From Pseudomonadota bacterium (lineage in GTDB: Bacteria > Pseudomonadota > Alphaproteobacteria > Rhizobiales > Xanthobacteraceae), in NCBI GenBank assembly GCA_021823875.1, contig JAKAMD010000001.1, forward strand, positions 1 to 34,974: a DNA stretch of 34,974 bases, read 5' to 3'. Every line of letters starts with the position of its first letter. Within the stretch, counting starts at the first letter, position 1. Shown one piece after another: positions 29,543 to 34,974 of this stretch. The position numbers were made by a program, and so were the translations under genes. The notes under the pieces were generated by a model, which saw only the letters and a list, made by a program, of their open reading frames with translations, was not told the DNA's origin and ran no database searches.

Positions 29543-30347
29543 TCAGGCCGCCGTCAGCCACACCGAGCACGTCGCGGAGACCCCGCCGCCGCGCAAGCGC
29601 CGGCTGCCGCTGCCGACCGCCGCGCTGTCGCCACTTGCGCTTCTGATCCTGTGGGAGATCGCCGCCCGGCTCGGCTGGATCGAGGTGCAGTTCTTCCCCG
29701 CGCCGACCACCATCGCCGAAACCTTCTGGCAGATGACCCGCACCAGCCAGTTCTGGAGCGATATCGGCATCAGCCTGTCGCGCATGGCAGTCGGCTTCAC
29801 CATGGGCGCGGTGCCGGGCCTGCTGGTCGGCCTGGCGATGGGCCTGTTCCGACCCGCGCGCTCAGTCTTCCAGCCGCTGATCGCGGCGATCTATCCACTG
29901 CCGAAGATCGCGCTCTTGCCGCTTATCCTGCTGATCTTCGGGCTCGGCGAAATGTCGAAATACGTGATCGTCGCCATCGGCGTGTTCTTCCTGATGGCGA
30001 TCAATTCCATGGCCGGCGTGATGAACGTGCCGGCGATCTATTTCGACGTCGCGCGCAATCTCAAGGCCTCGCGCTGGAAGATGTATTTCACCGTCGCGCT
30101 GCCGGGCGCGCTGCCGGGCATCTTCACCGGTTTGCGCATCTGCGTCGGCACCGCGCTCTTGTTGCTGGTCGCCGCCGAATTCGTCGGCGCCAACGAGGGC
30201 ATCGGCTACCGGGTCTGGTGGGCCTGGTCGGTGTTTTGGGTGAAGACCATGTATGTCGGCTTTGCCGTGATCGCCTTGCTCGGCTTCGCCCTCACCTATG
30301 CCGTCGAATATCTCGAGCGCCGCTTCCTGCCCTGGCAGGGTCGTTGA
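29535..30347 (+). CDS. ABC transporter permease (TauC/SsuC type)
   Basis: FPAP..I, SL.R...GF, PLPKIALLPL, LPGALP.IF.GLR and AAE...A..GIG motifs; overlaps the ATPase stop. Confidence 0.96.
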   Translation: MADQAAVSHTEHVAETPPPRKRRLPLPTAALSPLALLILWEIAARLGWIEVQFFPAPTTIAETFWQMTRTSQFWSDIGISLSRMAVGFTMGAVPGLLVGLAMGLFRPARSVFQPLIAAIYPLPKIALLPLILLIFGLGEMSKYVIVAIGVFFLMAINSMAGVMNVPAIYFDVARNLKASRWKMYFTVALPGALPGIFTGLRICVGTALLLLVAAEFVGANEGIGYRVWWAWSVFWVKTMYVGFAVIALLGFALTYAVEYLERRFLPWQGR

Positions 30348-30389
30348 TCTGAACTCTTCCTACCGCATCCCATCTCAGGAGCACTCGCA

Positions 30390-31403
30390 ATGCCGTCCTA
30401 CAAGAAGAACGAAGCGCGCGATTGGGCGCGGGCCGATCTGCGTGGCGTCGCCAATGTGGTGATCCCGTCCTATACCGCGGATCTGAAGGGCCTCAACGAG
30501 AAGGGCATCCGCCACGACATCAGGCTGGAGATCGAATACGGATTTGCCGGCACGCTCTTGGTGTCGGAGACGGCGATCACACTCGACGAATACCGCCAGT
30601 TCTTCGAATGGGCGCATGACGAGTCGCGCGGGCGGCTCAAGCTCATCCACCACGCCAGCTTCAACACGCTGGAGGAGAACATCGAGGCCGCGCAGATTGC
30701 CGAGGCCAATGGCGCCGAATTGGTGCTGTTGTCCTATCCGGCGAATTTCTATGCGGAGTCGCCGGACGACATCTACGACTACACCGTGGCCTTCTGCGAC
30801 GCGACTAATCTCGCCGTCATGCTGTTCCCGGTGCCGCTCTGGGGCTTCGACCGCGTGCACCCTTCCGACATCCCGGCGAGCCTGATCCGGCGGCTGATCG
30901 ACGATTGCCCCAACGTCGTGGCGATCAAGGCGGAAGGCGCCATGCCGGCCATCATGCATTTCGTCGAATGCTACCGGCGGTTCGGCAAGGAAGTCGTGGT
31001 TACCATGCCGCTGGAAGGCGACATGATCCCGCTGGCGCAGCTGGTGCCGATCCAGTTCTCCGGCACCAGCAACACCGAATATTTCGGGCCGATGATTCCG
31101 CGCATTCACAAGCTGCTGCAGGCGGGCAATTTCGATGAGGCCACGCGGCTCTTTTGGCAGATTCATCCCGCCCGCAAGGCCAACCAGCAGGCCAATGCCT
31201 ACACGCTGCAGACGCTGTTCCTGCACCGCATGCTGTGGAAGTACCAGGGCTGGCTCAACGGGTTCAACGGCGGGCCGCTGCGCCAGCCGACCATGCGGCT
31301 GAACGAAGGCCACATGAACCTACTGCGCCAAGGACTGATCAATTCTGGCCTGCCGGTGACGGACAGCCACAACCGCGAATTCTTTGTCGGGCGTCATCGC
31401 TAA
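30390..31403 (+). CDS. DapA/DHDPS-like class I aldolase/lyase family protein (atypical)
   Basis: TIM-barrel pattern with the Schiff-base Lys in PNVVAIKAEG. Lacks the GTTGE motif. AGGAG RBS. Confidence 0.85.
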   Translation: MPSYKKNEARDWARADLRGVANVVIPSYTADLKGLNEKGIRHDIRLEIEYGFAGTLLVSETAITLDEYRQFFEWAHDESRGRLKLIHHASFNTLEENIEAAQIAEANGAELVLLSYPANFYAESPDDIYDYTVAFCDATNLAVMLFPVPLWGFDRVHPSDIPASLIRRLIDDCPNVVAIKAEGAMPAIMHFVECYRRFGKEVVVTMPLEGDMIPLAQLVPIQFSGTSNTEYFGPMIPRIHKLLQAGNFDEATRLFWQIHPARKANQQANAYTLQTLFLHRMLWKYQGWLNGFNGGPLRQPTMRLNEGHMNLLRQGLINSGLPVTDSHNREFFVGRHR

Positions 31404-31442
31404 GCATAGGCGCTAGCGGCAGGGCGTCCCTTCGGAAGGCAT

Positions 31443-31490
31443 AAAATGCGGCGGCCGGCGATCCCATCGGATCGCCGACCATCTTCGCAT
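31443..31490 (-). terminator. Probable rho-independent terminator for sdhCDAB, possibly bidirectional
   Basis: CGGCGATCC-CATC-GGATCGCCG 9-bp stem, extended by ATGCG/CGCAT, followed by a T-run on the minus strand; lies between convergent genes. Confidence 0.6.
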
Positions 31491-31514
31491 AGAAAACGGA
31501 TCGTTGGCCGTCGG

Positions 31515-32294
31515 CTAGAGCTGCCGGTCCACCATGGTCTTCTTCAATTCGGCGATCTGCTTGGCCGGATTGAGGCTCTTCGGGCAGGCCTTCGAGCAGT
31601 TCAAGATGGTGTGGCAGCGGTAGAGCCGGAACGGGTCCTCGAGCTTGTCGAGCCGCTCGCCGGTGGCTTCGTCGCGGGTGTCCTGCACCCAGCGATTGGC
31701 CTGCAGCAGCGCGGCCGGGCCGAGATAGCGGTCCGAGTTCCACCAGTAGCTCGGGCACGAGGTCGAGCAGCAGGCGCACAGGATGCACTCGTACATGCCG
31801 TCGAGCTTCTGCCGATCCTCGTGGCTTTGCTTCCACTCGGTCTCCGGCGTCGGTGAGACCGTATGCAGCCAGGGCTCGATGGAGGCGTATTGCGCGTAGA
31901 AATTGGTGAGATCGGGCACCAAGTCCTTGACCACCGGCTGATGCGGCAGCGGATAAACCTTCAGCGGCTCCTTGGCGTCGTCCATTGCCTTGGTGCAGGC
32001 GAGCGTATTGGTGCCGTCGATGTTCATCGCGCAGGAACCGCACACGCCCTCGCGGCAGGAGCGGCGAAAAGTCAGCGTCGGATCGATATTGTTCTTGATC
32101 CAGATCAGCGCGTCGAGAACCATCGGCCCGCAGTCGTCGCGGTCGACGTAATAGGTGTCGACGCGCGGGTTCTGGCCGTCATCCGGGTCCCAGCGGTAGA
32201 CGCGCACCTCGGTCTCGCGCTTGGCGCTAGCCTTGCGCGGCCAGGTCTTGCCCTGGGTGATCTTGGAATTTTTCGGCAGTGTGAATTCGACCAT
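31515..32294 (-). CDS. sdhB: Succinate dehydrogenase iron-sulfur subunit
   Basis: [25 protein letters not shown] and CHTILNC...CP motifs. Confidence 0.99.
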   Translation of the reverse strand: MVEFTLPKNSKITQGKTWPRKASAKRETEVRVYRWDPDDGQNPRVDTYYVDRDDCGPMVLDALIWIKNNIDPTLTFRRSCREGVCGSCAMNIDGTNTLACTKAMDDAKEPLKVYPLPHQPVVKDLVPDLTNFYAQYASIEPWLHTVSPTPETEWKQSHEDRQKLDGMYECILCACCSTSCPSYWWNSDRYLGPAALLQANRWVQDTRDEATGERLDKLEDPFRLYRCHTILNCSKACPKSLNPAKQIAELKKTMVDRQL

Positions 32295-32330
32295 GTGAAG
32301 TATCCGCGGTTGATGTGGCTGCGGGCGGCG

Positions 32331-34166
32331 TCAGTAGACGCGCGCCTTCGGCTCGACATACGCAACGTCGTTGGTCATCGTGTAGGTGTGCACCGGGCGG
32401 TAATCGAGCGTCACCTTGCCCTTCTCGTCCATCCAGGACAGCGTGTGCTTCATCCAGTTCTGGTCGTCGCGGTTGGGGAAGTCCTCGCGCGCATGGGCCC
32501 CGCGGCTTTCGGTGCGGTTGCACGCCGAATCCATGGTCACTACCGCCTGCGCCATCAGATTGTCGAGTTCGAGCGTCTCGATCAGATCCGAATTCCAGAT
32601 CAACGAGCGGTCGGTGACGGCGATGTCGGGCATGCCCGCATAGACTTCGTGGATGAGCTTGGAGCCCTCCTGCAGCACTTCGCCGGTGCGGAACACCGCG
32701 CAATTGTTCTGCATCACGCGCTGCATCTTCATCCGCAGCTGCGCGGTCGGCGTGCCGCCGGACGCGTAGCGGTACTTGTCGAGCCGACTGAGCGCAAAGT
32801 CGGCCGAGTTCTTCGGCAGCTCCGGCTGCTTGTCGTTGGGGGTGAGCAGTTCGGCGCAACGCTGCGCCGCGGCTCGCCCGAACACCACCAAGTCGATCAG
32901 CGAGTTGGAGCCGAGCCGGTTGGCGCCGTGCACCGACACACAGGCGGCCTCGCCCAGCGCCATCAGGCCGGGAATCACGGTGTCTGGATTACCGTTCTTC
33001 TTGGTGAGCGCCTCGCCGTGATAATTGGTGGCGATGCCGCCCATGTTGTAGTGCACCGTCGGCAGCACCGGGATCGGCTCGCGGGTGACGTCGACGCCGG
33101 CAAAAATGCGCGAGGATTCCGCGATGCCCGGCAGCCGCTCGTGGATCACGGCGGGGTCGAGGGGGTCGAGGTGCAGGAAGATGTGGTCCTTCAGCTTGCC
33201 GACGCCGCGGCCTTCGCGAATTTCAATGGTCATCGAGCGCGAGACCACGTCGCGCGAGGCGAGGTCCTTGGCCGATGGCGCGTAGCGCTCCATGAAGCGC
33301 TCGCCTTCCGAATTGACCAGATAGCCACCTTCGCCGCGCACGCCTTCGGTGATCAGGCAGCCGGCGCCGTAGATGCCGGTCGGGTGGAACTGCACGAACT
33401 CCATGTCCTGCAGCGGCAGGCCGGCGCGCAGCACCATGGCGTTGCCGTCACCGGTCTGGGTATGGGCGCCGGTGCAGGTGAAATAGGCGCGGCCATAGCC
33501 GCCGGTGGCGATCATGGTCATGTTGGCGCGGAAGCGGTGGATGCTGCCGTCTTCCAGATTGAGCGCGATGACGCCGCGGCAGCGGCCCTCCTCGTCCATG
33601 ATCAGGTCGATGGCGAAGTATTCGATGTAGAACTCGGCCTGATGGCGCAGCGACTGGCCGTAGAGCGTGTGCAGCATGGCATGGCCGGTACGGTCGGCGG
33701 CAGCGCAGGTGCGCTGCGCGGTGCCCTTGCCGTAATGGGTGGTCATGCCGCCGAACGGACGCTGATAGATCTTGCCGTCTTCCTCGCGGCGCGAGAACGG
33801 CAGGCCCCAGTGCTCCAATTCATAGACCGCATCGGGCGCGTTACGGCACAGATATTCGATGGCGTCCTGGTCACCGAGCCAGTCGGAGCCCTTGACGGTG
33901 TCGTACATGTGCCAGCGCCAGTCATCCTCGCCCATATTGCCGAGGGCCGCGGCGATGCCGCCTTGCGCCGCCACTGTGTGCGAGCGGGTGGGGAACACCT
34001 TGGTGATGCAGGCGGTGCGCAGGCCCGCTTCGGCGCAGCCAACCACCGCGCGCAGGCCGGACCCGCCGGCACCGATCACCACCACATCATAGGCGTGATC
34101 TTCGATCGGATAGGCGCGACCATTGATCTTGGGTGCGCCGCCATTTCCTTGTCCATTCCCGGCCAT
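32331..34166 (-). CDS. sdhA: Succinate dehydrogenase flavoprotein subunit
   Basis: [16 protein letters not shown] (FAD-binding His), QFHPT, HYNMGG and [11 protein letters not shown] motifs. Confidence 0.99.
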   Translation of the reverse strand: MAGNGQGNGGAPKINGRAYPIEDHAYDVVVIGAGGSGLRAVVGCAEAGLRTACITKVFPTRSHTVAAQGGIAAALGNMGEDDWRWHMYDTVKGSDWLGDQDAIEYLCRNAPDAVYELEHWGLPFSRREEDGKIYQRPFGGMTTHYGKGTAQRTCAAADRTGHAMLHTLYGQSLRHQAEFYIEYFAIDLIMDEEGRCRGVIALNLEDGSIHRFRANMTMIATGGYGRAYFTCTGAHTQTGDGNAMVLRAGLPLQDMEFVQFHPTGIYGAGCLITEGVRGEGGYLVNSEGERFMERYAPSAKDLASRDVVSRSMTIEIREGRGVGKLKDHIFLHLDPLDPAVIHERLPGIAESSRIFAGVDVTREPIPVLPTVHYNMGGIATNYHGEALTKKNGNPDTVIPGLMALGEAACVSVHGANRLGSNSLIDLVVFGRAAAQRCAELLTPNDKQPELPKNSADFALSRLDKYRYASGGTPTAQLRMKMQRVMQNNCAVFRTGEVLQEGSKLIHEVYAGMPDIAVTDRSLIWNSDLIETLELDNLMAQAVVTMDSACNRTESRGAHAREDFPNRDDQNWMKHTLSWMDEKGKVTLDYRPVHTYTMTNDVAYVEPKARVY

Positions 34167-34168
34167 GC

Positions 34169-34561
34169 CTAGACTCCGAACGAAAGCTTGAGGATCGCGT
34201 AGCAGGACGCGAAAGCGAGAACGAACACGAAAAAGGTGTTGCCCAACAGCGCCGCGTATTTGAAACCTTCATCGTGCACGTAGTCGACGATGATCTCCTG
34301 CATGCCAATCCACATGTGATAGGCGAAAGTGATGATGAACAGCAGCATCGTGATGGCGACCAGCGGCGAGCCGAGGATCTGCACCGTTGCTGCGTGGCTG
34401 CGGCCGAGTAGGGCCACCGCGATTACGATCGCCGCGATGGTCAGCGGGATGCCGGCGATCGAGGTGATGCGCTGATGCCAGAAGGTTGTGGTGCCGGAGT
34501 GTCCGGCGCCGAGACCGCGGACCCGGCGGGCGGGCGTGACGATACGGCGGGGCGCGTTCAT
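34169..34561 (-). CDS. sdhD: Succinate dehydrogenase hydrophobic membrane anchor
   Basis: RVRGLG...SGT..FW.QR.T and HM.IGMQ.II.DYVH motifs. ATG 34561 overlaps the sdhC stop (ATGA). Confidence 0.95.
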   Translation of the reverse strand: MNAPRRIVTPARRVRGLGAGHSGTTTFWHQRITSIAGIPLTIAAIVIAVALLGRSHAATVQILGSPLVAITMLLFIITFAYHMWIGMQEIIVDYVHDEGFKYAALLGNTFFVFVLAFASCYAILKLSFGV

Positions 34562-34974
34562 CGCGAGCCTCCCATGGCGAGATAGCCGATCACCCAGAGG
34601 ATGAGGGTGAAAACAATGGAGCCGACGATGGTGGCGAGTGCCAGCATCTCGCGCTCGGACGGCTCGAAGCCGCGCAGCGTGTCCCAGATCAGATGGCGGA
34701 TGCCGCCGAGCATGTGGTGGATCAGCGCCCAGCTGAAGCCGAACAGCACCAAAAGGCCGATCCAACTGCCGATGAACCATTCGAAGGTGGCATAGGCGTT
34801 CGGGCCCGAGGCGGCCGCAACCAGCCACCAGGTCACCAGCGCCATGCCAAAATACAGTGCGAAGCCGGAAATCCGATGGAACCCGGACATCACGAATGTC
34901 AGCATCAGCCGGTAGACTTGCAGATGCGGCGACAGCGGACGCGGCCTGCGTGCGCCCGCGTGCTCGTTCAAATC
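34558..34974 (-). CDS. sdhC: Succinate dehydrogenase cytochrome b556 subunit (start probably just beyond the right edge)
   Basis: RPLSPHLQVY, S..HRISG and HH..GGIRHLIWD motifs; the frame is open to the window end. Confidence 0.95.
   Translation of the reverse strand, partial: DLNEHAGARRPRPLSPHLQVYRLMLTFVMSGFHRISGFALYFGMALVTWWLVAAASGPNAYATFEWFIGSWIGLLVLFGFSWALIHHMLGGIRHLIWDTLRGFEPSEREMLALATIVGSIVFTLILWVIGYLAMGGSR

Noticed and set aside
31863-34172. 769-aa plus-strand ORF antisense to sdhA/sdhB
   Set aside because: Mirror frame of strongly GC3-biased genes; no recognisable domain or RBS.

Overview
High-GC alphaproteobacterial chromosome segment. Gene order and repeat families suggest Hyphomicrobiales of the Nitrobacteraceae/Xanthobacteraceae type (inference). 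The conserved backbone is comM(yifB, partial)-gshB-yraN-rsmI-lpoA-like, hemW-rdgB-rph, hrcA-grpE, dnaK-dnaJ-pmtA-FMN reductase-pyrF-DUF1330-dapB and sdhCDAB. Three accessory blocks interrupt it. (1) An orphan methyl-accepting chemotaxis protein lies between gshB and yraN. (2) A ~5.8 kb block between grpE and dnaK carries a probably decayed iron-uptake unit (three Irr/ICE-like boxes, an IHF site, an efeO/imelysin-like remnant and an intact OprB-family porin), a secreted hypothetical protein, and a divergent ICMT-type methyltransferase plus GT-C-like membrane protein pair around an AT-rich spacer with a CtrA-like box. (3) An ~8 kb block after dapB carries a PDZ-M48 lipoprotein peptidase and a FadR-regulated catabolic cluster for an unknown substrate (HIBADH-like dehydrogenase, OCD/mu-crystallin, SsuA/TauA-type ABC transporter, atypical DapA-like aldolase). 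Readable regulatory sites include a tandem LexA box at comM, three RpoH-type promoters and a GntR-like operator. Four REP-like palindromic elements occur, one with a second double-hairpin element nested inside it. No rRNA, tRNA, CRISPR array, integrase or transposase was seen. All family calls come from motif recognition by eye; no searches were run.
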